Source: Eledone cirrhosa (lineage: Eukaryota). Taken from it: DNA of 64,000 nucleotides. Shown one piece after another: positions 29,056 to 41,716 of the stretch. A program made the position numbers and the translations under genes. Under the pieces are notes generated by a model. That model was not told the DNA's origin. It was given only the letters and a program-made list of their open reading frames with translations, and did not search any database. Within the stretch, counting starts at the first letter, position 1, and every line of letters starts with the position of its first letter. The stretch covers positions 227,354,001 through 227,418,000 of the forward strand of contig OZ024743.1 of assembly GCA_964016885.1 (NCBI GenBank). The letters run 5' to 3'.

Positions 29056-29520
29056 TTAATTTTGGTCGGAGTTCATTGCCTCTGTGATTTGTCTAAACAT
29101 TGCGTCTTTTCTGTGTGTAGATTTTATTTTCATTTCTATTTTCTCTAATTTGTCCTTATGTTCTATTTTAGCATGTTGGTGGAGTATTGATGATTCTTTT
29201 TTATCTTGAAGCTCTCGCCAGTGTTCATTTAACCGTTCTCCTATCCTACGAGCTGCCTCACCTATGTACAGTATATTCTTATCTTTACATTGTCCTTCAG
29301 TACATCTTATGCTATATACTACATTTCTAGTTTTACAGTTAATATGGGGGATTAGTTTACAGCTTATGCATTTCTTATCTATACAGGGAGGTCTTTGAAA
29401 AGGGTATGTATTACTAATAAGTGTTTTTATGGAGGTACCTGGTCTTTCTACTATCTTAATATTAAGTTTAAGTTTATCTAGGGCCCTTCTAAATTTGTGA
29501 GCTAATTCAACCCCTAGAGG
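29056..29520 (-). pseudogene. PLE GIY-YIG endonuclease C-terminus with Cys-rich linker
   Basis: PPCIDKKCISC...NCKTRNVVYSIRC...LYIGEAARRIGERLNEH...SSILHQH...DAMFRQITEAM. A frameshifted mirror copy lies on + at ~29520-29970. Confidence 0.88.
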
Positions 29521-30211
29521 TGAATTAGCGTACAAATTTAGAAGGGCCCTAGATAAGCTTAACTTAATATTAAGATAGTAGAAAGACCAGGTACCTCCAT
29601 AAAAACACATTATTAATACATACCCTTTTCAAAGACCTCCCTGTATAGATAAGAAATGCATAATCTGTAAACTAAGCCCCCATATTAACTGTAAAACTAG
29701 AAATGTAGTATATAGCATATACTACAATGTAAATATAAGAATATTGTGTACATAGGTGAGACAGCTCGTAGTATAGGAGAACGGTTAAATGAACACTGGC
29801 GAGAGCTTCAAGATAGTAAAGAATCATCTGTACTCCACCAACATGCTAAAATAGAACATAAGGGCAAATTAAAGAAAATAGAAATAAAAATAAAATCTAC
29901 ACAGAAAAGACGCAATGTTTAGACAAATCAGAGGCAATAAACATAAATGAACTCCAACCAAAATTAAATAGAAAAGATGAATGGACTAGCAACATCACAA
30001 CTTACAATTAAGGACAAAATGAAAACACACACACACACATAGAATAAACAAGCAAACAGTAACATGTAAATAAACAAATAAATAAACAAATAAAAACACA
30101 CACAGACACCCGGATGTAACACATGCGCAAACTAAGCACACAACACACACAAAAACAAGATGGCGTAGGACAGAACAAAGGAGAGGCACAAAACAAAGAA
30201 AATAATCCCCA

Positions 30212-30254
30212 GTCACTGAAGAGGTCATAGAATATGTGACGAAAAAACTTTGAC
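30212..30254 (+). ncRNA. Minimal type-I hammerhead
   Basis: GTCA-CTGAAGA-GGTCATAGAATATGTGAC-GAAA-AAAC-TT-TGAC, downstream of the GIY-YIG stop. Confidence 0.7.
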
Positions 30255-30420
30255 AATAGATGAAAGCAACTGGTGCGTGTGTTTCTTATTGGCAACATGA
30301 CCCTCCCAAAGTATAACAATATTGGTTTCAACACACGTTTTCTTGATAAATAATCTTGTTAAACAAATTCAGAAACGAAATATATATATATATGTATATA
30401 TATATATGTATATATATATG

Positions 30421-30509
<89 letters not shown>

Positions 30510-30511
<2 letters not shown>

Positions 30512-30744
30512 GGGAAAATGTATGACCCCGACGGCAGAGCTCATGGCGTTTCGACAGCTATTTCTGGACTAAATTAGAATTTTTAGCCTTGTGAAAATTC
30601 TAATTTAGTCCAAAAATAGCCGTCGAAACGGCTTGAGCTCTGCCGTCGGGGTCATACTTTTTCCCATTTCCCACTCTACTACCCTAAATATTGAGTACTC
30701 TGGTGCGTTATGGTCCATTTGGTTCCTTACCACAATTCCTGTGT

Positions 30745-30745
<1 letters not shown>
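30510..30745 (+). mobile_element. Family E fragment with a ~155-bp fold-back
   Basis: Palindrome 30510-30667. The right arm carries TAGCCGTC-GAAA-CGGCTTGAGCTCTGCCG-TC-GGGGTC; both sides are (TA)n. Confidence 0.8.
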
Positions 30746-30775
<30 letters not shown>

Positions 30776-31357
30776 CAGAATTCTTCGAATCTTTATCCTA
30801 GCCGAAGGGTCGTTTTAAGAAATGTAATGTATTTCACTCCATTTTCTTGTCTCTCCATGTTTTACTCGGTCCATTTACTTAGAATCCAATCTTTTCTATT
30901 TTATTCGATAGTTTTGTCAGACCTTTAAAAACAATTTTCTTCTATTTAAATTTTGATTACTGTTACACGTTCGTTTAATAACCTTCTCGTATTTAAACAC
31001 TGATTACTGTTATACGCTCGTTTAAACTATGGTCTAATTTGTAGGTTTAGATTATAAAAATAACCTTCTCTTTAACTTCCCCATATTCCCCCCTCTCCCA
31101 CTCGCCACCATTATTATATGGTCCAATCATAATTCAGCGGCTTATATGTTTCTCTTACCAATCTCTTTCACAAAACCACCGTCTCGGCTATCACTCCTTA
31201 AGTTTAAACCTGGTTTATTTTGATATGCTAGATGGACTATAGAATTCTGGAGAGTATGAAGAATCTGGACACTCAAAAGACAATGTCAAAGATAAAGATG
31301 AATTCACCTCATGTTGCCGGATAAGAATGCAAGGACTCCTCTTTATTTCAGACGCGG

Positions 31358-34300
31358 ATGGCTAACATAACCCCATCTCCCTCACCACTCCCTGCGCCTC
31401 CAACCCATCTCTTCCACCCACCAAACGAAATCCAAAACTTCAGAATTGGTACCATGAATGCAGGCACTTTAAAAAGTCGCTCTAACGAGGTTGTAGAGTT
31501 GCTTGAACGTAAGGAAGTTGATGTTTGTTGCGTCCAAGATACTAGGTGGAGTGGTGGGTCTGCGAGATTCATTGTGGGTAAAAAAACGATGCTATAAACT
31601 TTTCTGGGTGGGAAATGAAAACGGGCTGGGTGGAGTAGGAATTATGTTAGCTGAAAAATGGGTAGATAAGGTAATTGACGTAAATAGAGTGAACGACAGA
31701 ATAATCAAAATAAGACTTGTCCTAAATAGAACTACAGTGACAATAATATCTGCTTACGCACCCCAATCTGGACTGACAGGCGTTATAAAAGACAGATTTT
31801 ATGAGTCGCTAATGCTCACTACCTCCCAACTAACCAACATTGACTACATAATTATTGCTGGCGACCTAAATGGTCATGTTGGATAACATTGTGACGACTA
31901 TGACGGAATCCATGGAGGCTACGGGTTTGGCACCAGAAATGAGGAAGGTTTCAGAATCCTGGAATTCTGTGACGCTAATAACCTAACTATCTGTAACACA
32001 GACGTTAAAAAATGAGACAATCACTTGATCACCTATAGATCAGGGGAACACGCAAGTCAGATAGATTATATCCTTACCAGAAGACGTGACAAAGTGCCTG
32101 TTGTAAACACTAAATCCCTCCCCCGTGAAGAATGCACCTCCCAAAATAGCCTCATAGTTAGTGACCTCATAGTCAGGACGAGACGTACACGACAACAGAG
32201 GAGGACTACCCTGAGAAGAAGAATATGGAAGTTAAAGGACCGCACAGCCAGTAACAAATTTAAAAGCATATTACATGATGTTTTTGACAGTAAGGAAGAG
32301 CAATTAGAGACGTACAGTATAAAGGAACAGTGGGAATTTCTGAAGGTTAACCTGCTGAAGGCGACAGATGAAATCTGTGGATGGAGCAGACCTATAGGCA
32401 GGAGGAGAGTAATATGGTGGTGGAACAGTAAGGTGGAGGAGTCAATCAAGGCCAAAAGGCAAGCTTGGAAAGTATGGCGGAATGGGGGAAGTAGAGAACA
32501 CTATCAAGTGGTCAGCAGGGAAGCTAGGAGACAAGTGTACTTTCCAATAAGGAAGCAGAGGAAAGTAAGTTCAAGCATGTTCTACCACGCGAGGACCAAA
32601 AACGTGAGGTGTTGAGGATTGCTAGACACTGTGTCAAGGAAAACCGTGATATTGTCAGGGAGAAGTGTGTCCGTAATGATGATGGTATACTTGCTATTAC
32701 TGATACTGATAAGAAGGTAGCTTGGAAGTGTCACTACGAGAGGCTAATAAATGAGGAGAATAAGTGGGAAAAAAATAGTCTGCCCCAAATCGATCCAATA
32801 GAGGGACCAGCAGTGCAAGTTAAAGGTAGTATAATAAATAAGGCAATCAAAGATATGAAGACAGGCAAAGCAGCTGGACCTTCGAAGATAGTTGCTGAAA
32901 TGCTGACACCATCTGGAACGGTGGTACAAACTATGGTCACCCGGATAGTAAACCAAGTCTAAAGGATGGGGTCGTACCAAAGGACTGGCGTAGCAGCATC
33001 ATCATTAACTGCTACAAGGGTAAAGGAGATGCCCTAGATAGGGAAAACTATAGAGGCATTAAATTAATTGACCAGGTCATGAAGGTCACAGAAAGAGTTA
33101 TAGCGCAACTAATCTGAGAGCCAATTGATCTAGATATAATGCAGTTTGGGTTTGTGTCAGGTAAAAGTACCACAGACGCTCTTTTCCTTGTACGACAACT
33201 ATAGGAGAAGTACCTAGCTAAAAGTAAACCCCTATACTTAGCTTTTGTTGACTTGAAGAAAGCCTTTGACAGAGTCCCCGGCTCCATTATCTGATGAGCT
33301 CTTAGAAAACTAGATGTTGATGAATGGGCTTGTGAGAGCTATACAAACCATGGATAAAAACACAGTCAGCAAGGTTAGAATTAACAACGAAAATAGTGAA
33401 GAATTTAGCGTAACAGTTGGAGTTCATCAGGGCTCTGGCCTTAGCCCCCTCCTATTTATTATTGTCCTTCAGGCTATAACAGAGGAGTTCAAGACCGGCT
33501 GCCCATGGGAATTTCTATATGCAGATGATCTAACGCTCATAGCTGAATCAATGGCTGAACTAGAGAAGAAATTCCAAACATGGAAGCATGGCCTAGAATC
33601 AAAAGGCCTTAAAATTAACTTGTCTAAGACTAAATTTCTAGTATGTAGGAAGGAAAATAGGGTACTGGTGCCCTCTGGGAAATGCCCATGCTCAGTGTGT
33701 AGGAAAGGAGTAGGCAGAAACTCCATTTTATGTCCCAAATGCAAAGTATGGGTGCATAAAACATGTAGTAGGATCACAGGTAAGCTAACTAAGAACATAG
33801 ATTTTATATGTGGCCGGTGCTCAAGTGCAATAATTAGCACGTGCCCACAGGATACTAGCTCATTCCATTGCCCAGATGGTTCTATAGAAATATAGGACAC
33901 CTTCCGTTACCTGGGTCACAAATCAGCAGTGGTGGAGGGTGCTCTGAAAATACAGTAGCCAGAGTCAGAACGGGATGGAAAAAGTTCAGAGAGCTTATAC
34001 CACTATTGGCCGCTAAAGGTATCTATCTTAAAATGAAAGGCAGACTGTATGATGCCTGCATACACACAGGAATGTTATATGGCAGTAAGACATGGGCATT
34101 ATGTGCAGAGGTTATATGCAGACTGGAAAGGAACGAAGCTTGCATGCTCCGTTGGATGTGTAATAGTAATATACGTGAACGGCAAAGCATAAATGAACTA
34201 AGTGAGAAATTAGGAATAAGAGGGATCAGATGCTGTTTACTCGAGAGAAGACTACGTTGGTATGGTCATGTGATGCGCATGAAATACGGTCAACTGTATA

Positions 34301-34867
34301 AAAAAGTGCAGGGCGATCAAAGTTGATGGAAGCTACGGAGTAGGCAGACCCAGAAAAACCTGAGACGATTTGATAAATTCCGACCTTACACACTTACACC
34401 TCTCCAAGACAATGTCACTGGACCGAGATCTTTGGCGCTACACAGAAATACAGAAGACCCTCCTTGCCTAAGTACAAAGCGAAATCTACAATCAGTAGGC
34501 ACCTCTTAACCAAAAATATACCCCCATCACACTACCCCTACCCCCACCCCCATCCTCACCACCCCTTTCTCTGTAAAGTTATGTTGGTACCACAACATCC
34601 AGTCCTAAATAAAGGAGGTCGTGTAGGTGTCACGACAAAAAAAAACACAGTCCACGCTGTAATGTGGCCGTGTAGGTAACACGGTAAAAATCTCCCAATT
34701 CACACTGTAAATGTGGTTGGTATTAGGAAGCGCACCCAGCCGTAGAAAACCTGCCAGGCAGTCCTATACGAGCAATACAACCAATCTAGCCTGAAGTAGG
34801 ACAATTCCCGTCTAAACCCATGCTAGCGTGGAAGATAGAATTTAAACGATGATGATGATGATGATGA

Positions 34868-34870
<3 letters not shown>
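31358..34870 (+). mobile_element. RTE-group LINE, near full length, inactivated
   Basis: APE motifs (IGTMNAGTL, CCVQDTRW, ISAYAPQ, AGDLNGHVG, SQIDY) and RT motifs (FVDLKKAFDRV, GVHQGSGLSPLLF, LYADD). Also a Cys/His finger, RRLRWYGHVMR and a (GAT)n tail. Multiple stops and frameshifts; 5' boundary uncertain. Confidence 0.95.
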
Positions 34871-34910
<40 letters not shown>

Positions 34911-34911
34911 C

Positions 34912-35805
34912 CGAACGCTTATCGAAAAAGCAAGCCAGAGAAAACAACAACCAGTACAAACTGCCCTATTCCTATCACAAGTATGTGTCAGCGAACATAT
35001 GTATTTTACCGCATGCGATAAATATAGATATTTACATCGGTAGTACCGTTAGATCTCTTTCAACCACCATTAAAGAACATCTCAATACACACGCATCATC
35101 CTTTAGAAAACACTTAGACAAATGCAAAAACAACAAAATGTTAACAGTTACTATTGAAACCAAAGAGAGGAACTTAGGCAACGTTATAATCAAAGACGGA
35201 ATACTAATACCTATGCTTAACCCACAAATCAACAACAGATTAGAACTCAGAACACAATTGTTAATATAAATGCACACATACGCAACGTCCGACATAGTAA
35301 AGCATACATGCTTAATAGCCAAATGTAACAGACAATTACAATTAGATACACAACATTCGTCATGTAAACGCATGCATACAAAACCCAAACACAAGACTCA
35401 ATTCAGAATAGCTACATCATTTAATCTACTGCAATTTGACACATTAGCATCTTAAAATATTTACATAAAAACATAATCAAAAGTACACAATATTTGACAG
35501 AAACATTCATACACGCACAGACAACATTATACAAGGCAGTGCATAGACGACATCACTCTCCCATCACTTCCGGCAGCTATGAATAGACCACAGTTTACAA
35601 ACGAAGGAAGAAAAAATGGTGAGTCGATAAGATGAAAACGTCGAGCCAGTTTCTTTATAATATTTTCCTGGTGAAGGGCTTTTGAGACAAAATATTAGGA
35701 CAGGTAAATAACATAACAGTGACACACTAACATAGTTATTGTTTTCAATATATTCCCAAATCTATCATCCATTGTGAAATGCCTTAGCCTTCATACTGCT
35801 TTATA
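34912..35805 (+). mobile_element. PLE 3' remnant (GIY-YIG) with non-coding tail
   Basis: YIGSTVRSLSTTIKEH...DGILIPMLNPQINNRLEL (ORF 34985-35269); bounded by (TA)n. Confidence 0.8.
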
Positions 35806-35880
35806 TAATATATATATATATTATATAAAGCAGTATGTTATTTGAAGGCTAAGGCATTTCCCAATGGATGATAGATTGGA
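35757..35880. repeat. (TA)n-centred palindrome
   Basis: AATCTATCATCCATTG.GAAATGCCTTAGCCTTCA TACTGCTTTATATAA is mirrored after the TA tract, with a small insertion in the right arm. Confidence 0.85.
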
Positions 35881-35941
<61 letters not shown>

Positions 35942-35948
<7 letters not shown>

Positions 35949-36059
35949 AAAAAAAGATGAAATCGAAAATGCAACTGGAGTCTTATTTTAAAAAATATAT
36001 ATATATTTTTTAAAATAAGACTCCAGTTGCATTTTCGATTTCATCTTTTTTTCTTTATA
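35942..36059. repeat. Near-perfect ~118-bp palindrome centred on TATATA
   Basis: TATAAAGAAAAAAAGATGAAATCGAAAATGCAACTGGAGTCTTATTTTAAAAAA followed by its reverse complement. Confidence 0.9.
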
Positions 36060-36121
36060 CTTTCACTCGCGTAGGACACCTCGGTTATTTTTCATTTTGT
36101 AAAAAAAAACCTCACTTTCTA

Positions 36122-36174
<53 letters not shown>

Positions 36175-36543
36175 TTTGAGAACCAAATAGTATCATGTAC
36201 ATATAATGGTAAATCTTAAATGTACATGCTCATAGAAAGACTCAAGCCAAGATTGGTTAAAGTTCACTTATAAGGCTGTTTCTCGATAAATTCCAGAATA
36301 TGGTGTCTTTAATCGATCCTCTGATTGGGTTCGATCACCAATCATCAATCTTTGTAACAAGCCTCATGAAGACCAGGGATCATCATTCATCATTTACAGT
36401 TTAAAGTCTTACTAAATATATAACTCTCTCTGTACATTAGCTAATCTACTGCATAATGAAGTCGATCGAATTAAACCAATGTCTCTCAGAAGGCAGATAC
36501 TACATGACTGGTTTGGTTAAATCCATACATATATGCATATACG

Positions 36544-36597
<54 letters not shown>

Positions 36598-37032
36598 TAT
36601 TTATATATGTGCAGGTGTCTGTCCTTGTTTGCATGTGAATACATTTTTATGTATATGCTTACATATGATGATGGCTGGCCCCTCGTTATCGAGTATGGGC
36701 ATTGCACAATATAACATTATTAATAATTATCAGTTAATTCTATCATGCAATGCTTGTGCGTGAATTTTTATTTAAATTGAGGAAAGACTTTATACTGAGC
36801 CAATCCCACTATATGAGAGACAGTACTTATATCCTGAAAAGAAGAAAAGATCAAGATCATCGGTAACTACTGAGCCGAAGGTTTTATATCAGAGTTATCC
36901 CAGTCTCCTGGGTTGCCTTCTTAAAGAATGCCCTGACAAAGGCTAGGTGTCCTTTACTTCCAGTGGTTTAACCGCAATATCGGGTATCCAACCGTGCATA
37001 TACACACATATGTATACATGTATATATATATT

Positions 37033-38632
37033 CTAAGGCGGGTAAAATTCCCGAGATCCATGGACGAGTTCTCTCCAGCGGTCTCTGTCCCTCATTATCG
37101 CTGCCATGTCCTGCGTCTCCAATAGACCAGTGTCTGTCCTTAGGGCATCAACATACGTTAACCTTGGTCTTCCTCTTCTAGTGTGTCCATGTAGGGGCTC
37201 CCAAAGGAGGACTGAGTGCAATGTCAACTCTGGATGTCAGTGAGCATGTCCAGCTAACCTCAGTCTCCTCTGTGTCACTTTTGAGCTGACTTTTGGGATG
37301 CTCCCATACCGCTCTGAGTTTTTCATCCTCAGTGTATACTGATTAATGTTCAGAGCCATCCTCAGCATTCTCGTGTAGCACCCATCCACCATCTGAGTAA
37401 GTTTCTTGGTCAGTGTCCAAGTCTCAGACCCATACAGCAGCACAGACTCCACTACAGCAATGAAGAGGCGGATTTTCAGGTCTCTACGAAGGACCGACTT
37501 CCACACCGATCTCAAGCTGTGGCACGCCGCCCAGGCCTTGCTCTTCCTCTCAACCACATCATCTTCCGTATTCCCAATCTTTGCTCCCAAATACAGGAAG
37601 CCCTCAACCAATTCTAGCGGCTTCCCGCTTACATTAGTGATCCCCTCTGGCTTCTCAACATTCTCTACCAGATATTTTGTTTTAGTCTTATTCATTCTCA
37701 GCCCCACACTCATCGACACAGTCTCAACCTCCCGCATCAAATCCTCTGCCTCCTTCACTGTATTTGTCACCAAAACTATGACGTCGGCAAATTCAGCATC
37801 CGATACCTTTTTCGCCCTAACTCTCCTGCTCTGAGCCGGTTCCACAGTAAAGCCAGAGTCCTGGTGTTTCTCCAGTGCAAGGCGCATACAATAGTCCACT
37901 ACGATGATAAAAAGGTAGGGAGCCAATGTATCTCCCTGGAGCACTACAGCCAGTATCTCAAAGAACTCTGTCATCCCATCAGGTGTAATGACTTGGGCTT
38001 TGGTGTTGGTGTAGAGCAGTGATATCAGGTCCACTATCTTCTTGGGGATTCCATAAGCCTGTAAGATCTTCATCAGGCAGTAACGGTCCACAGAATCAAA
38101 GGCCTTCCTAAAGTCAATGAAAACCATGACTGCAGGAAGGCACTTTGCTCTAGCTCCCTCTAATATCCTCCTCAGCATCAGGATGTGACTGGTGGTTGAT
38201 CTACCCCCTCTGAAGCCGTTCTGGTTGTCCCTGAGCTTCTACTCCATCTCAGGCTGGATCCTGTTAAGAATCATCCTGTTGAGGGTCTTTGCCACAAGTG
38301 ACGTCAGTGAGATCCCCCTGTAGTTGTTGGTGTTAGAGAGATCTCCCTTCTTTGGCACTGGGACGATGTTACTGATCATCCACTGATTCGGGGCAACTCC
38401 TCTCTCCAGTGCCCCGTTACAGAACCCCAGGATGATATCATCAAAATCACACCTCTTCATCACCTCTGATGCCACTCCATCTTCTCCATGAGCCTTGCCC
38501 TCCTTGATCCTCTTCTTGGCTCTCTGAAGCTCCTCTCTGGTGAAGTGCTCTGTCTCAACATCCAGTTCCTCAAACAGCCACCTGATCTCCCCAGTGCTCT
38601 GGGCTGTGGAGGCTGGCTCTCCTAGTATGGTC
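37033..38632 (-). mobile_element. 5'-truncated non-LTR retrotransposon (RTE-group RT)
   Basis: PVPKKGDLSNTNNYRGISL, FIDFRKAFDSV, LQGDTLAPYLF, EFADVI, VLLYGSETWTLT, RRLRLAGH, RGRPRLTYVD; internal stop and frameshift. Confidence 0.93.
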
Positions 38633-39371
38633 CTAAAGAGGTATAAGTAAACAACCGAATATATCTTACGGTGACGGGTCAACAAGTGGGGGGCCAAAAT
38701 ACTAAAGAAACTACCACGAAATAATAATTCAGAGTCCCGAGACCAGTACGAAATAAAGGTTTCTATCCCAGGCACAAGGCCAGCAACCACCCAGTGCTAA
38801 TAAAAATAAACTAATACGAAATAATAATTCAGAATCCCGAAAAAGAATACTAATACTATACCTAAGGGTGCCACCACGATACAAAATTCTAGTGCAAACT
38901 ACATAAATGCTCGTACGAAGTATATGTAAAATTTGATACGGAAAATTAATTCAGAATCCCCCCACCCCCCACCCCAAAAAAAGAATAATAAATAAATAAA
39001 TACTGATATACGAGAAATTAAAGCAAAGATACCACTAAGAAATATAGAAAGCACGGAAAAGGGGCAGCCATCGGATAAGAAGGCAAGTATCCGGGGTCTA
39101 ACACATCTGCTATAAAAAGCGGAGTCGGCCAAATCTATCATAGAATAGGGGAAGGGGTGGGGGTACTGAGACTACAAAGGACCGAGGGGCTGCTTCGGGT
39201 GGGCGAGAAAGTAAAAGACGACGACAAAGAGAGAGGACTGGGGTGGAAGGACTAGGGAGGGATGGGGGGAAGAAGGAAATATAGAGGAAGCGATAAAAGG
39301 ATATAAAAGAAGATCTACCTTTGCAAGCAGGGGTTACCCATTACAAAATCGGCAAGTGGGGTGTTATAGTC

Positions 39372-40030
39372 CTAGTCAACCCCCCGGGTCATTATGGGGT
39401 TGATGTCGAGGTAAGTCCTACGCAATCTGTGTTTACATGCAGTTACCAGTTCATCTTTCTTGTTTAGGAGTTGGTCCGTCGAAAACAGCATTTGTAAAGT
39501 TTCCTCCGAGCATAAATTGCACGGACGGCGTCCTCCCGTGTAAGAGTTGGCTCTGAACAGTAAGCTCCAAGTCAGATCATAGGTAATATTGTTATCCTTG
39601 AGGTCCCATATGTGGCCCGAAAGTGTCGTGGCGTGACGCCGGGCCGGGTTTCGGAAGGTATGTCTGTGTTGGCATAGCCGGGTCTTGAAGTCACATGCGG
39701 TTAATCCTATATAAGCTTTGTTGGAGGTGTCCGTCCTCACGTTGCACTGGTAGATCACATTACGATATCTGCATCTGTTGTCGAGGGGGCAAATGGATCC
39801 ATCAGGACAGTTTCACCTCCTGGTCGGCTCTCCACTGCTATTTAGGTTATTTCTTCCATAGGGCTTGAGTTTTTTGTTGCTAGAGGAGACGATGTTTTGT
39901 GCAAAGTTTGGTGTGGTGCTGTAGGAGAGTTTGATGGTATTTTTGTTAATTATGTTGTGGTAGCGGTGTTGTAGTGGGAAGTGTTTTTCAATGAGCCTAA
40001 AGAAGATTTTCCCGATAGGAGTTGTCACTT
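39372..40030 (-). pseudogene. PLE GIY-YIG endonuclease fragment, minus arm
   Basis: NVIYQCNV...AYIGLTACDFKTR...TTLSGHIWDLK...CNLCSEE...LNKKDELVTACKH. Confidence 0.88.
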
Positions 40031-40039
40031 CGGAGGAGG

Positions 40040-40483
40040 TGCAACTGTCCTGATGGATCCATTTGCTCCCTCGACAACAGATGCAGAGATCGTAATGTGA
40101 TCTACCAGTGCAACGTGAGGACGGACACCTCCAACAAAGCTTATATAGGATTAACCGCATGTGACTTCAAGGCCCGGCTATACCAACACAGACATACCTT
40201 CCGAAACCCGGCCCGGCGTCACGCCACGACACTTTCGGGCCACATATGGGACCTCAAGGATAACAATATTACCTATGATCTCACTTGGAGCTTACTATCC
40301 AGAGCCAACTCTTACACGGGAGGACGCCGTCCGTGCAATTTATGCTCGGAGGAAACTTTACAAATGTTGTTTTCGACGGACCAACTCCTAAACAAGAAAG
40401 ATGAACTGGTAACTGCATGTAAACACAGATTGCGTAGGACTTACCTCGCACTCAAACCCCATAATGACCCGGGGCGGGGGTAG
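40040..40483 (+). pseudogene. PLE GIY-YIG endonuclease fragment, plus arm
   Basis: CNCPDGSICSLDNRC...VIY...YIGLT...CNLC...CKH. Confidence 0.88.
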
Positions 40484-41620
40484 ACTAGGGCTATAACACC
40501 CCACTTGCCGATTTTGTAATGGGTAACCCCTGCCTGCAAAGGTAGATCTTCTTTTATATCCTTTTATCGCTTCCTCTATATTTCCTTCTTCCCCCCATCC
40601 CTCCCTAGTCCTTCCACCCCAGTCTTCTCTCTTTGTCGTCCTCCTTTTACTTTCTCGCCCACTCGAGGCAGCCCCTCGGTCCTTTGTAGTCTCAGTACGC
40701 CCACCCCCTTCCCCTATTCTATGATAGATTTGGCCGACTCCGCTTTTTATAGCAGATGTGTTAGACCCCGGATACTAGCCTTCTTATCCGATGGCTGCCC
40801 CTTTTCCGTGGTGTCTATATTTCTTAGTGGTATCTTTGCTTTAATTTCTCGTATATCAGTATTTTTTTTTTTTTTTTTAGGGGGGGGAGGGGGGATTCGG
40901 AATTAATTTTCCGCATCAAATTTTACATATACTTCGTACGAGCATTTATGTAGTTTGCACTAGAATTTTTGTATCGTGGCGGCACCCTTAGAGATAGTAT
41001 TAGTATTCTTTTTCGGGATTCTGAATTATTATTTCGTATTAGTTTATTTTTTTTAGCACTGGGTGGTTGCTGGCCTTGTGCCTGGGGTAGAAACCTTTAT
41101 TTCGTACTGGTCTCGGGACTCTGAATTATTATTTCGTGGTAGTTTCTTTAGTATTTTGGCCCCCCACTTGTTGACCCGTCACCGTAAGATATATTCGGTT
41201 GTTTACTTATACCTCTTAAAAGGGTCTCATTATAATTCCGTCCCACCTAGTAAACCTTTCTTTAGTCTAGCAGTACCAGTGAGAGACTTGATAGCTGTCC
41301 TTAGGTTATAGTAACCAGAAATTGTTTTTTTCATTTAATTGTTTTTTAACACTCCCGGTTTTTTTTCTATATATTTACCCCATATTGTTTTACTTATTGT
41401 TTCGACCCCCCCCCCCCCAGTATCTTCTTTGACCTCCTTCCCAGCTGTGGTTGGCACTATCAACGCACGACTGGGTTTCCACCACCCGCTCTCCCTATTT
41501 CTTTTACTGGCACGTTCAGCTACCCCCTCCCGCCACAAATTGCCATGATAGAATTATTATGTCTCAACAACAAACTTTTGACCAATCCTTGTGACAATCA
41601 CTTTTACCATATATGGAATT

Positions 41621-41716
41621 ACCTCCTGAGAAGCTCGGCTATTCAAATACCAGGATAAAAATTTTCATTTAGTCCAGAATTAGCCGTCGACACGGCTTGA
41701 GCTCAGCCGTCGGCAT
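41621..41716 (+). ncRNA. Degenerate full-length family-E type-I hammerhead
   Basis: ACCTC-CTGAGAA-G.CGGCTA...TAGCCGTC-GACA-CGGCTTGAGCTCAGCCG-TC. Both core blocks are mutated, but the other copies supply GAAA and stem I' GGGGT. Confidence 0.55.

Larger units (their letters stand above)
28615..30322. mobile_element. Penelope-like element 3' portion forming a 1.7-kb fold-back (head-to-head) dimer
   Basis: The arms are reverse complements around a short loop at ~29509-29520 (AATTCA acccctagagg TGAATT). Both arms carry GIY-YIG sequence, an HHR and the same tail; (TA)n lies outside. Confidence 0.9.
38636..41217. mobile_element. PLE (Naiad-like) 3' portion forming a 2.6-kb inverted dimer
   Basis: 38636-39812 is the reverse complement of ~40043-41217 at high identity. 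The ~230-bp centre is extra 5' coding sequence of the minus copy (IGKIFFRLIEKHFP...NKNTIKLSYS). Confidence 0.9.

Noticed and set aside
38239-38790. 183-aa ORF fusing PLE 3' sequence to RTE RT
   Set aside because: Chance in-frame junction with a GTG start; the RT is interrupted by a stop at 38239.
40484-41217. SECIS or HHR in the Naiad-like 3' region
   Set aside because: Neither motif could be recognised by eye.
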